Source: Flavobacteriaceae bacterium (lineage in GTDB: Bacteria; Bacteroidota; Bacteroidia; Flavobacteriales; Flavobacteriaceae). From it: DNA of 64,000 nucleotides. The stretch spans positions 3,227-67,226 of the forward strand of contig JAPORT010000050.1 in NCBI GenBank assembly GCA_026710085.1, in the 5' to 3' direction. A program made the position numbers and the translations under genes. Shown piece after piece: positions 1-9,396 of this stretch. Every line of letters begins with the position of its first letter. The stretch's first letter is position 1. The notes beneath the pieces are model-generated. The model made no database searches and was not told the DNA's origin. It was given only the letters and a program-made list of their open reading frames with translations.

Positions 1-203
1 AAAGGGTAGTGATATTTTAAATTCACTTCTACCACAGGAGAAATTATTCCATTCTTTTCTATTTCCCCATAAGGTGTGTTTAAAGCATCAAGCCATTCAA
101 TTCGAGCTTCTTCTAAATATAGCACATAATTTGAATGATGCACCACTCCCATTTGGTCAGTTTCGACATAACGAATGGTTTTTTTCTTAGTTATAAATTT
201 CAT
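1..203 (-). CDS. acyl-CoA thioesterase, YbgC/4HBT hotdog family (5' part; gene runs off the left edge)
   Basis: Own minus-strand translation from ATG 203-201: MKFITKKKTIRYVETDQMGVVHHSNYVLYLEEARIEWLDALNTPYGEIEKNGIISPVVEVNLKYHYP. The DxMGVVHHxxY...EEAR pattern is typical of 4HBT thioesterases. Absent from the ORF track because it is truncated. Confidence 0.7.
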   Translation of the reverse strand, partial: MKFITKKKTIRYVETDQMGVVHHSNYVLYLEEARIEWLDALNTPYGEIEKNGIISPVVEVNLKYHYP

Positions 204-384
204 CTTTTTGAGGTATTTATTTGAGTTTCAATTAGCTGTAATTCTTAAAAAAAAACTTAAAAATTTTGTTCGGTATTTTATTAAAATAATTATTTTCGGT
301 ACGAAGAATGAATTCTATTTTTTGATGCATTTTTCATACCGTTTTGCATCATAAAATTAGATTTTTTTGATCCTTCTCAATCTG

Positions 385-1827
385 ATGAATAACCAAAGTG
401 TAGACCAAATATGGAATAACTGTAAAGCATTCATTAGAGACAATATTCAGTCAGAAAAAGAATTTTCAACTTGGTTTGGTTCCATTGAACCCATCGATTT
501 AAACAATAAAGAATTTACCATTAAAGTTCCGACCCATTTTGTTTATGAGACACTTGAGGCAAATTATTTGGACTTAATCCAATCGGCCCTAACTAAAGAA
601 ATAGGCCCCAATGTCAAATTGATGTACACCATTGATACAAAACAGAATGAATCAAGTAGTTTGAAATCTCCAAAATTTCAAGCTAAAGGAAATCTTGATT
701 TTCAAAGCCAAAAAAGACAAATGAATATTGTCCACTCTGGACAACCTGAGCGAATAAAAATTTTAGGTCTCAACAATGAACACTTTAGTCCTGAATTAAA
801 TTTAAACTACACTTTTGAGAATTTTGCAGAGGGAGATTCCAATAAGTTAGCCCGCTCTGTTTCATTAGAAGTCGCTAAAAACCCAGGTGGGACAGCTTTC
901 AACCCCCTTTTCATTCACAGTCATGTTGGTCTGGGTAAAACGCATCTTGTCAATGCCATAGGAATTCAGATTAAAAAAGATTTTCCTCAAAAATCGGTCA
1001 TTTACGTTTCTTCTGAAAAATTTACAGAGCAGTTTATTGCCGCTAGCTTGCATAAAGACAAAAACAAAATCAATAATTTCATTCATTTTTATCAACAATT
1101 AGATGTTTTAATCATTGATGATATTCAGTTTGTCACGGGGAAAGAAAAAACCCAAGGAGCTCTTTATAATATTTTCAATTATTTACATCAAAACAATAAA
1201 CAAATAGTGATGACTGCAGATATCTCTCCTAAAGATATGGAAGATATTGAAGAGCGATTATTGTCAAGGTTTAAATGGGGGTTAACTGCTGAAATAAAAA
1301 AACCTGATGTCCAAACTAGAAAAAACATCATCAAACTAAAAACCGAAAATCTCGGATTGAATTTAGACGAAAGTGTCTTGGATTTATTAGCAGAAAAAAT
1401 AGACTCTAATATTCGCGATATTGAAGGAGCTGTTGTCGCTATTTTAGCAGAAGCTTCCTTTAATAAAGTTTCGATAAATACGGAATTAGCCATGGGGGTG
1501 GTCAATCGATTGATTCGCGAAAAAGCAAGTCCAGAACAAGTTCCCTTTCATGTCATCGAAGATATTGTGGTTCAGTATTTTGAAGTGGATAATAAAGATT
1601 TGCGAACAAGAACCAAACGTAGGGAAGTCGTTGAGCCAAGACAACTCGTCATGCACTTTGCAAAAAAATACACCAAACTTTCTTTTCAAAAAATTGGAAA
1701 ACTAATGGGAAATACCAATCATGCAACGGTCATTTATTCTGTTCGCAAAGTGGATGAATTTAAATTGCACGATCGGATTTATAGAAATACCTATAATGCC
1801 ATTGATGAAAAAATCAAAAATTATTGA
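385..1827 (+). CDS. dnaA: chromosomal replication initiator DnaA
   Basis: AAA+ Walker A GLGKTHL, Walker B LIIDDIQF, C-terminal DNA-binding helix (HATVIYSVRKV). The track ORF opens at TTG 367; the in-frame ATG at 385 (MNNQSVDQIWN) is the more likely start. Confidence 0.95.
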   Translation: MNNQSVDQIWNNCKAFIRDNIQSEKEFSTWFGSIEPIDLNNKEFTIKVPTHFVYETLEANYLDLIQSALTKEIGPNVKLMYTIDTKQNESSSLKSPKFQAKGNLDFQSQKRQMNIVHSGQPERIKILGLNNEHFSPELNLNYTFENFAEGDSNKLARSVSLEVAKNPGGTAFNPLFIHSHVGLGKTHLVNAIGIQIKKDFPQKSVIYVSSEKFTEQFIAASLHKDKNKINNFIHFYQQLDVLIIDDIQFVTGKEKTQGALYNIFNYLHQNNKQIVMTADISPKDMEDIEERLLSRFKWGLTAEIKKPDVQTRKNIIKLKTENLGLNLDESVLDLLAEKIDSNIRDIEGAVVAILAEASFNKVSINTELAMGVVNRLIREKASPEQVPFHVIEDIVVQYFEVDNKDLRTRTKRREVVEPRQLVMHFAKKYTKLSFQKIGKLMGNTNHATVIYSVRKVDEFKLHDRIYRNTYNAIDEKIKNY

Positions 1828-2258
1828 CATCATCATAAATTTTTAATTTATTAAGACTTAAAAAGACTGATGAGTTTTCTATAGAAAAAGAGGGTTGATG
1901 CTTTGTTACGATCATTTTTGTTGAAATTCTCAAGTTGCAAGTCTTTTAACATCCCGACGCAAAGGTTCCGACATTGACAAAGATTCTGCGACCATTTGCA
2001 AGTTGGGGTTCGTCCGTACCCCTAAGTATTCAAGTGGCACAAAGCTTGGCATCAACATTTCAAATCAACTAGCTCAATAACACATTTCTGAGGATTTAAA
2101 TGATGATACCCACATCAAACACTCCGAATGAAAAAAATCATGATGTATTTATCCATCTATGTCAAAATAAAACTCAAAAGTGAAAATGATTCCTGAAAGT
2201 AGAGCGTATGTTCTTGACTCATGTGAAGCATCAAAACCTATTTATTAGAAAACTTTAA

Positions 2259-2280
2259 GGTACTACCACTATTTGTGTGG
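2259..2280. repeat. left terminal inverted repeat of the ISL3 relic (GGTACTACCACTATTTGTGTGG)
   Basis: Reverse complement of 3597-3618 with a single mismatch. Confidence 0.8.
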
Positions 2281-3608
2281 AAAAGCCATTTTTTGTTGTC
2301 TCCATTCTCAAGAAATGGAGTCTTCTAAGGCACTATATTTTGATGGTTCCTTTAGTTTTGATTCACGAATCAACTTTTTCAATATGGAAGTATCCTTTAA
2401 AATCCGTTAAACGGACCAAAGATCTCATGACCAAGGCCTTGGAACTAAGCGATGATTGGTTGATCGATGACTTCTACATGGGTCAAAAAGACTTGGTGAT
2501 CACGGTCGATGTGTCCCATACTGGTGGGGATCTCATCTGCACCGAAACCGATGAAGTCGGCACCCTCGATGACCATCGTCGTCAACGCCAATGGCGTCAT
2601 TTGGATTGATTTCAGTATCGATGCTTTATCCGCTACCGAGTCCCTCGCGTCCAGTCTTCTGCTGGCATCAAAACCATCAACATCCCTTGGGCCGATATTT
2701 CCCATCGCTTTGAATCTTGGGCGATTCAAGGGATGCTCCACAATAAAAATCAATACAAAACGGCGGAAACATGACGATGTGGTGACCACACCATGAGTCG
2801 GGTGATCAAGCGTTCCGTTGCTCGTGGATGAGCGAGACGATCGAACATGGTTCCCGAACGTTGAAGGATTGATGAGAAAGCCGATTAAAGAGGACATCGG
2901 TAGGCATCTGTGGTCAGCGATGCGACGACAAGAACCGTGTGGGATATCGCTCAAGGAAGATCTCAAAAAGCAACCATCGATTGATTAAAAAACGTGCTTC
3001 CTAAAGACCAAAGAAAGGGCGTCAAAACCGATACGGCTGATCGGTGGCAACCCTTTAGCAAAGTGAAAGAACTCGTGTTACCTCAAGCTCCATGAATTCA
3101 CAATCGATGCCATCTCATCAAACACATCCACCAGGGCATCGATCAGACCCGTCGATGGGAAGTGAAAGAGCTTCCCGATGTCTTGAAAAATAGGCGATAG
3201 GCCGTTTTGAAAAATCCAGAAAACCGAACCGAAAAACAACAAAAAATCTTTGAGAAGGTCGTCCAAGCCAATCTCAAAGGAGGCATCGCTTATCAATCTA
3301 GAGACGTCTTCAAAGCCTTTTGAAACGGTCAAGACATGGCTCAAGCATGTCGCTATTTCACTCTTTGGTATCAACACGTCATGAAGGCCGGTCTCCAACC
3401 AATCATGAGAGTGGCACAGATGTTCCGAAAGCACCTCGATGGGGTATGACACGCTATGATTCACAAACCATCCAGTGCTCGAGCCGAACGAATCAATGGG
3501 AAAGTACAGGAAGTCATCACGGTGGCTAGAGGGTTTCGAAACGATGAAAATCTCAGAGCCTCTGTTTTATTCTTTTGTGGCCATTTGGATCTCTTTCCAC
3601 ACAAATAG
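2277..3608 (+). pseudogene. ISL3-family transposase, multiply frameshifted with stops
   Basis: Pieces recognisable across all three + frames: ...LDDHRRQRQWRHLD, INIPWADISHRFE, LPQAP-IVhDRFHLIKH-like segment (HEFTIDAISSNTSTRASIRPVDG in the shifted frame), and C-terminal ...ARGFRNDENLRASVLFFCGHLDLFPHK* ending at TAG 3606-3608 inside the right IR. Confidence 0.7.
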
Positions 3609-3618
3609 TAGTAGTACC
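3597..3618. repeat. right terminal inverted repeat of the ISL3 relic (CCACACAAATAGTAGTAGTACC)
   Basis: Reverse complement of 2259-2280 with a single mismatch; contains the transposase stop codon. Confidence 0.8.
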
Positions 3619-3681
3619 ACAAGTATTAGATCAAGTATATATCCTACATCAACTAAGGAATTAACAATTCATTAACCTAAG

Positions 3682-4401
3682 TTACTCGGAGGTATCTTTT
3701 GAAGTTTGAGAGTCATTTACATAAGATTTTTCATACAAATGTGGACGTTTATTTTTAGTATTTGTAAGACTCATTTGATCTCTCCATTGATCAATTTTAG
3801 ATTGATTTCCTGAGAGTAAGACTTCAGGAACTTTCCAGTTATTAAATATCCTCGGTCTTGTGTAAATTGGGGCCTCAATCAAATCATCTTGAAAACTATC
3901 CCCTAGTGCCGAAGACAAATCTGAAAGGACTCCGGGAATTAACCGAACAATGGCATCACAAAAGACCGTAGCCGCAATTTCTCCTCCTGATAGCACATAA
4001 TCACCAACCGAAATCTCTTTTGTAATGAGGTGATCCCGAATTCGTTGATCGACTCCTTTATAATGTCCGCAAAGCAGAAGCAAATTTTTTTTTGTAGAAT
4101 AGTAATTAGCCATCTTTTGGTTTAATAATTCACCATCAGGAGCAAAATAAATGATGTCATCATACCCTCTTTTCCTTTTGAGGTCGGTAATACATTTGAA
4201 TATAGGTTCAATTTTTATGACTAGTCCCACACCTCCCCCAAATGGATAATCATCCACTTGTTTTCTGGGTGGTAACGCATACTGCCGTAAATCATGATAA
4301 TGAATTTCCACTAATTGAGCGTTTAGAGCTCTTTTGACAATGGAGTGTCCAAAAGGACTTTCCATCATTCCAGGAAATAATGTAATAATATCGATTCGCA
4401 T
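3682..4401 (-). CDS. trmD: tRNA (guanine37-N1)-methyltransferase TrmD
   Basis: MRIDIITLFPGMMESPF... and YVLSGGEIAA motifs are typical of TrmD; length 239 aa. Confidence 0.95.
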   Translation of the reverse strand: MRIDIITLFPGMMESPFGHSIVKRALNAQLVEIHYHDLRQYALPPRKQVDDYPFGGGVGLVIKIEPIFKCITDLKRKRGYDDIIYFAPDGELLNQKMANYYSTKKNLLLLCGHYKGVDQRIRDHLITKEISVGDYVLSGGEIAATVFCDAIVRLIPGVLSDLSSALGDSFQDDLIEAPIYTRPRIFNNWKVPEVLLSGNQSKIDQWRDQMSLTNTKNKRPHLYEKSYVNDSQTSKDTSE

Positions 4402-4426
4402 CGTTGTACAAAGTCCCTGTAAACCT

Positions 4427-4444
4427 TTAGGGGAATGCCCCTAA
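4427..4444 (-). terminator. perfect 7-bp hairpin (TTAGGGG-AATG-CCCCTAA) immediately after the htrA stop
   Basis: Seen directly. It starts 2 nt after the stop codon (4446-4448). There is no strong U-tract, so it may be an attenuator or processing hairpin rather than a full terminator. Confidence 0.3.
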
Positions 4445-4445
4445 G

Positions 4446-5813
4446 TTAATAAATCAGTGTAAACTGTTCTCCTTCTGGTGATTGTACTTTGACGGTTTTG
4501 ATGCCCTCATTTTTCCTTTTTATATCTCGAACATCATCAATATTGTTGACTATAATGTCATTGATTTCCAAAATTTGGTAATTCAAATATTTAGCCAAAT
4601 AACTCCTCGAAACATTAGCGATGGTTAATGCCCCATCAGGATAATTTTCATTTCTCTGAGGTTTTATTTCTCTGATTTCCATACCGCCAAATGTTTCAGT
4701 GACCGATTTGGTTAGTGTGACAACAACCTCTTTTAGTTGGCCGTTTCTTTTATAGGATATATTGACTTGGTCACCTGGCCGTTTGCTAAACAAATGACCA
4801 TGTAAATCAGCATACTTATTAATTTTATTGCCATCAATCGTTTTGATGATATCTCCAGATTTCAAATTAGCTTGGCTAGCACCAGTATCTGGGAAAACGT
4901 CACTAATATAAAATCCTTCCGTGTCATCCACATTGAGTTGTTCAGCTGTTTTTCCTGTTAGTGAATTACCGACGACACCCAAAATTCCTTTCTGTATATC
5001 ACCATATTCCATTAAATCTTCAAAAACTTTTCGAACAATGTTGCTAGGAATGGCAAAAGAATAACCCACATATCCCCCAGTTTGTGTTGATATTTTTGTA
5101 TTGATTCCAATAAGTTCCCCCCGGGTATTGACTAAAGCGCCTCCCGAGTTTCCGACATTGACAGCAGCATCTGTTTGAATGAAAGCTTCATTTTTATTAT
5201 CTCTTAAATTAGAATCTCTACTTTTGGCACTAATGATCCCTGCGGTCACTGTTGAGTTAAGATTCAATGGATTACCGACCGTTAAAACCCACTCTCCAAT
5301 TTGTGTATTATCGGAATTTCCGAAAACCATATATGGCAATGGAGTTTCTGGTTCGATTTTCAATATCGCTAAATCTGTATCTGGATTTGCTCGTACAATT
5401 TTCCCATTGAATGTACGATTATCGTTTAGAGTCACTTCCAATCCGTTATTATCTTCGATTACATGATAATTGGTAATAATGTATCCATCTGGTGAAACAA
5501 CCACTCCAGATCCAACCACTGAAGCTGAACTAGATCTTCTGTACCAAGTACTATTAATGGTTCTGATGGATTTGATATGCACTACTTTATTAACCACGTC
5601 ATTCGCAACTTCTACAAAATCTGTAGGTTCTAGCATAGAACTAACATTTGGATAATCATAGGTTGTGGGGATGACTCGATATGGTGACTCGATTGAAGAA
5701 GCATCTATATGCTGAGCATTATCCAGTAAGGGTATCACAAAAAAATAGAAGAGTACAAAACTTAAGAAAGAACTCACGATCGCAATTCCGAATGTATTAG
5801 CAATTTTTCTCAT
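4446..5813 (-). CDS. htrA: periplasmic serine endoprotease, HtrA/DegP/DegQ family (trypsin-like domain + two PDZ)
   Basis: Catalytic motifs ITNYHV, DLAILK, GNSGGAL; N-terminal membrane/signal segment. ATG at 5813 (MRKIANTFGIAIV) preferred over the upstream track start. Confidence 0.9.
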   Translation of the reverse strand: MRKIANTFGIAIVSSFLSFVLFYFFVIPLLDNAQHIDASSIESPYRVIPTTYDYPNVSSMLEPTDFVEVANDVVNKVVHIKSIRTINSTWYRRSSSASVVGSGVVVSPDGYIITNYHVIEDNNGLEVTLNDNRTFNGKIVRANPDTDLAILKIEPETPLPYMVFGNSDNTQIGEWVLTVGNPLNLNSTVTAGIISAKSRDSNLRDNKNEAFIQTDAAVNVGNSGGALVNTRGELIGINTKISTQTGGYVGYSFAIPSNIVRKVFEDLMEYGDIQKGILGVVGNSLTGKTAEQLNVDDTEGFYISDVFPDTGASQANLKSGDIIKTIDGNKINKYADLHGHLFSKRPGDQVNISYKRNGQLKEVVVTLTKSVTETFGGMEIREIKPQRNENYPDGALTIANVSRSYLAKYLNYQILEINDIIVNNIDDVRDIKRKNEGIKTVKVQSPEGEQFTLIY

Positions 5814-5996
5814 TTCAAATCGATTTATCTTGATTATAATAGATGCGAAATTACTTGATTTATTAACTGAAATCTTGAGTTTTAACAAAATTTTAACACT
5901 TTTGCTTGGTTTTCTTTATTGATCTGGTCGGATTTTCTCATTACAAACTAAAAAGAATAATGAGTTCGTCTTTATTTTGTATCGCAATACGTGTGA

Positions 5997-6788
5997 ATGA
6001 TGGTGATTGATTTCATTAAATATCAAGGTTCAGGAAATGATTTTATTTTGATTGAAAACATCAATGGGAAAATTCCCAATTTAAGTCGCAATACCATTCA
6101 ACATTATTGTCATCGCCATTTTGGTATTGGTGCTGATGGACTGATCATTATAAAGCAGAGTAAAGTTGCCGATTTTTATATGACCTATTACAATTCGGAC
6201 GGGAATATGAGTAGCCTTTGTGGCAATGGCAGTCGCTGTGCTGTGAGATTTGCCCATAGTCACTCTTTGATTCAAGCTAATGCAACGTTTGAGGCATATG
6301 ATGGAATCCATGAGGCTCAAATTTTAAAAGATGATCGAATAGCCATTCGGTTTAATGATATTGACCAATTAGAAAAATATCAAGATGGGGTTATTTGTGA
6401 TTCAGGATCGCCACATTACGTGCAATTTGTTGACAATATAGATGCTATTGACTTGATCCCTCTTGCTCGATCGATTCGAAATAATTCAAGGTTTCAAGAA
6501 AAAGGGATTAATGTGAATTATTTCCAAAAAAATAGTTCTTCAGAATTTGGTATTCGTACTTATGAACGAGGCGTAGAAAATGAAACTTTGTCATGTGGTA
6601 CGGGTGTGGTTGCTACTGCTATAGCATCCCATTTTTTAAAAATTTCTAATGCCTCCAAATTATTATTTCAAACTAAAGGGGGGTTATTAGAAGTTCATTT
6701 TACAGTTGAAAAATCAAAATACACTCACATTTCTTTGATTGGTCATGCTCATGAAGTTTTTCAAGGTCAAATTGATTATCAAATGTGA
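5997..6788 (+). CDS. dapF: diaminopimelate epimerase
   Basis: GSGNDFILIEN, SLCGNGSRC and SCGTGVVA active-site Cys motifs. Confidence 0.9.
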   Translation: MMVIDFIKYQGSGNDFILIENINGKIPNLSRNTIQHYCHRHFGIGADGLIIIKQSKVADFYMTYYNSDGNMSSLCGNGSRCAVRFAHSHSLIQANATFEAYDGIHEAQILKDDRIAIRFNDIDQLEKYQDGVICDSGSPHYVQFVDNIDAIDLIPLARSIRNNSRFQEKGINVNYFQKNSSSEFGIRTYERGVENETLSCGTGVVATAIASHFLKISNASKLLFQTKGGLLEVHFTVEKSKYTHISLIGHAHEVFQGQIDYQM

Positions 6789-7303
6789 ATTCAATTCAAC
6801 TTCGAGCGATAGAAAAAGAAGATTTACATTTTCTCTACCAAATTGAAAATAATCGTCAATATTGGAACTATTCCAATCGAATCGAATCTTATTCCAAAAC
6901 GCTTTTAAAGAATTTCATTGAAATACAACAACAAGATATTTATCAAACTCGACAAAAACGTTTTCTGATTATTATACAAGAAAATACAAAATGCGGATTT
7001 GTTGATTTATTCGAATTTGAACCCAAACATCAAAGGGCCTCTGTGGGCATTATTGTCATAGAAAAATTTCGTTCGAAAGGAATTGGTTTTGGTGCTTTAT
7101 CACTTTTAGAAGAGTATAGTAAAAATATTTTAAACCTTCATCAAGTCTATGCCCATATAGCAAAAGAAAATGCTCCTAGCATCAAACTATTTGAAAAAGC
7201 CAATTACAACCTAATTGGGGTCAAGAAAGATTGGAATTTTTACAATAACAAGTTTCATGATGAACTTTTATATCAGAAATTACTTTTGGTTGCGAAACCT
7301 TAA
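6785..7303 (+). CDS. GNAT family N-acetyltransferase (RimJ/RimL-like)
   Basis: GNAT core (RSKGIGFGALSLLEEY); 4-nt overlap (GTGA) with the dapF stop. Confidence 0.75.
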   Translation: MNSIQLRAIEKEDLHFLYQIENNRQYWNYSNRIESYSKTLLKNFIEIQQQDIYQTRQKRFLIIIQENTKCGFVDLFEFEPKHQRASVGIIVIEKFRSKGIGFGALSLLEEYSKNILNLHQVYAHIAKENAPSIKLFEKANYNLIGVKKDWNFYNNKFHDELLYQKLLLVAKP

Positions 7304-8333
7304 ATGGATTCTGATTGCTTTTCTTTTTATTAAACTCTTAGGAATTTTCATTGGCATTCTGTTTTACCAAACGGTATTGGCTAGTAATACCGCTTTTGAT
7401 GGGGCATCTATCGAAATTTTTATTGATCAAGATGATGATTTAGATAGTCTTAATTTAAAACTCGTTCCTCATCTAAAATCAACCAAAACATTTAATCGAT
7501 TGGCAAAATTCAAGTCCTACGGTGAATCGATCAAACCAGGTCGGTTTTTAATTTCTACATCTAGCAGTAACAATAGGATCATCAATACCTTAAGATCTGG
7601 AGGAACCCCAATCAAAGTGGTTTTCAATAACCAAGAAAGAATTGAAAATCTAGTGGGTAGAATTTCTAATCAATTAATGATTGATAGTCTTTCATTACTA
7701 GAACACATGACCAATCCAGACATCATCGACAAAATGGGGTTTACACTTGAAAATGCTTTAGCCATGTTCATTCCAAATACATATGAACTTTATTGGGAAT
7801 CCGATGCGAACACTTTTTTGAATAGAATGTATCATGAGTATCGACAATTTTGGAATCAAGAACGTCAGGAAAAGGCGAGAACACTAGGACTTTCCCCAAT
7901 TGAAGTTGTTATTCTAGCATCTATTGTTCACAAAGAAACCGTCAAAGTAGATGAAATGCCACAAGTTGCAGGGGTTTATTTGGAACGACTCAAACGTAAC
8001 ATGAAGCTTCAAGCCGATCCTACCATTATTTTTACCATTAAAAAGCATTCAGGCGACTTCGATAAAGTCATTAAACGAGTCTTATACCGAGATTTAGAAA
8101 TTGATTTGCCGTATAATACTTACCTCTATGGAGGACTACCTCCTGGTCCGATTATCACACCGTCTATTTCCAGCATCGATGCTGTTTTAAACCCCAAAAC
8201 GGAAGGTTATCTTTATTTTGTTGCTGATGTAGGAAATCCTGGATACCACAAATTTGCCAAAACACTATCCCAACACAATCGAAACAGAGCTAAATACATT
8301 CGTTGGATTAATTCTAAAGGAATCAAACGTTAA
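7257..8333 (+). CDS. mltG: endolytic murein transglycosylase MltG (YceG-like)
   Basis: N-terminal TM helix, then YceG hallmarks (ILASIVHKE, LQADPTIIF, YNTYLYGGLPPGPI). Start taken at ATG 7257 rather than TTG 7215. Confidence 0.9.
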   Translation: MMNFYIRNYFWLRNLKWILIAFLFIKLLGIFIGILFYQTVLASNTAFDGASIEIFIDQDDDLDSLNLKLVPHLKSTKTFNRLAKFKSYGESIKPGRFLISTSSSNNRIINTLRSGGTPIKVVFNNQERIENLVGRISNQLMIDSLSLLEHMTNPDIIDKMGFTLENALAMFIPNTYELYWESDANTFLNRMYHEYRQFWNQERQEKARTLGLSPIEVVILASIVHKETVKVDEMPQVAGVYLERLKRNMKLQADPTIIFTIKKHSGDFDKVIKRVLYRDLEIDLPYNTYLYGGLPPGPIITPSISSIDAVLNPKTEGYLYFVADVGNPGYHKFAKTLSQHNRNRAKYIRWINSKGIKR

Positions 8334-8855
8334 CAACAAAAAGTCTCTTCATAAGCGTTTTGTCTAACATCAAATAATAAATAAAAAAAGAATCTCATCA
8401 TGCAAGAACACAAAATGAGTTCCGGTTAGGATGAACGAACCATCTTAATAATAGTGATTTCCTCTTTTTCAAGTTCCGTCATGATTTCGTTAGAGATGGG
8501 GGTGTCAAAATGCTCGAATGAAAAACATTTACTTGAAATCAAAAACGCATCAAAATCTTCTTGCTCGTCATTTACATGATTTCGAATTTAGGAACTCTTG
8601 TTGGATTCATAAGTAAATGATCGACAATAGAAGATCAAGCGATCGATAGCCTACTATTTGTTACATAGTTAAGATTGAATAAAATAACTTTTTTCTTATC
8701 AATCGAATATAGTAAAGATAAAACAAAGAAGTCTATGACAAACGATCAAAAAGTTTTAATGTCTTCGTGATTTGGTCGAAAATCTTTATTTCTTCAGTTG
8801 TCCATGCAAAACGATAATCTCAACAAAACATTGATCATAAAACCAAAATAAATTC

Positions 8856-8863
8856 TAAATTTG
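8856..8863 (+). promoter_or_regulatory. Bacteroidota-type -7 promoter element TAAATTTG (TAnnTTTG) upstream of rplS
   Basis: Exact match to the TAnnTTTG consensus, 38 nt upstream of the rplS ATG. A TTG lies at 8831-8833, but the spacing is slightly long. Confidence 0.3.
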
Positions 8864-8900
8864 TAGGCCGAAATTGAAGTGCTTTTAATTCTTACATACC

Positions 8901-9263
8901 ATGGAAGCAACAATACGCGAAGTTGAAAAGGAACTCATTATAAAAAAGAATTTTCCTAAGTTTTCATCTGGAGATACGATTACCGTATACTATGAAATTA
9001 GAGAAGGTGAAAAAGTACGAACTCAGTTTTTTAGGGGTGTTGTCATACAAATCAAGGGACATGGACTAACGAAAACATTTACCATTAGAAAAATTTCGAA
9101 TACCATTGGTGTGGAACGTATTTTTCCAATCAACATGCCAACCCTTCAGAATATTGAAATCAATAAAAGAGGAAAAGTGCGTCAATCAAGAATATTCTAT
9201 TTTAGAAAACTTCGAGGGAAAAAAGCCCGTATCAAAGAGATTAGAAGACAATCCAAAAATTAA
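8901..9263 (+). CDS. rplS: 50S ribosomal protein L19
   Basis: FSSGDTITVYYEIREGEKVRTQFFRGVVI... is typical of L19. Confidence 0.95.
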   Translation: MEATIREVEKELIIKKNFPKFSSGDTITVYYEIREGEKVRTQFFRGVVIQIKGHGLTKTFTIRKISNTIGVERIFPINMPTLQNIEINKRGKVRQSRIFYFRKLRGKKARIKEIRRQSKN

Positions 9264-9396
9264 TTTGATTCCATTTCTAATCTATATTACAAACTCGATA
9301 AAACATTAATTTTTCTTTTGTTACCCCATAAAAATTTGAAAATCAATTTCAAAGGATATAGCATTGTAACTTACATTTACTGAAAATTATCCAATA

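Larger units (their letters stand above)
2250..3623 (+). mobile_element. degenerate ISL3-family insertion sequence
   Basis: 22-bp terminal inverted repeats (2259-2280 vs 3597-3618, 21/22 complementary). Flanking near-direct repeat TATTAGA (2243-2249 and 3624-3630). The interior encodes a shattered ISL3-type transposase and is visibly more GC-rich than the surroundings. Confidence 0.7.

Noticed and set aside
204-384. oriC/DnaA-box cluster next to dnaA (also 1828-2250).
   Set aside because: The region is AT-rich, but I found no cluster of TTATCCACA-like 9-mers. There are only isolated weak matches (TTATCCATC near 2146; TGTGGAAAA at 2275, which belongs to the IS inverted repeat). The origin may lie elsewhere or use divergent boxes.
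865-1689. Three minus-strand ORFs (865-1098, 1188-1505, 1486-1689) inside dnaA.
   Set aside because: They are antisense shadows of a clearly genuine dnaA frame and have no motifs. The same applies to other nested or antisense track ORFs. These are 5179-5655; 6081-6320; 9519-10372; 12482-13435; 14035-14238; 14548-14790; 17082-17348; 20485-21131; 22994-23816; 25290-25643; 26681-28291; 30546-30743; 32196-32654; 35249-35925; 37532-38023; 39110-39313; 41066-41369; 45013-45249; 47890-48072; 49091-49505; 51875-52063; 54937-55167; 56776-58287; 59596-59823; 61006-61418.
2445-2966. 173-aa minus-strand ORF and the 95-aa + ORF (2509-2796) within the ISL3 relic.
   Set aside because: These are long open frames expected by chance in the GC-richer IS sequence. 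The recognisable homology is to ISL3 transposase pieces on the + strand in shifting frames.
7215-7256. Upstream extensions of track ORFs: mltG 7215, dnaA 367, fumC 19637, htrA 5888, oxidoreductase 45862, ATPase-1 38768.
   Set aside because: These start at weak TTG/GTG codons, overlap neighbouring genes or add non-conserved residues. Internal ATG/GTG codons give N-termini matching the family norm (signal or Tat peptide, MKYRLEKD for FumC, and so on).
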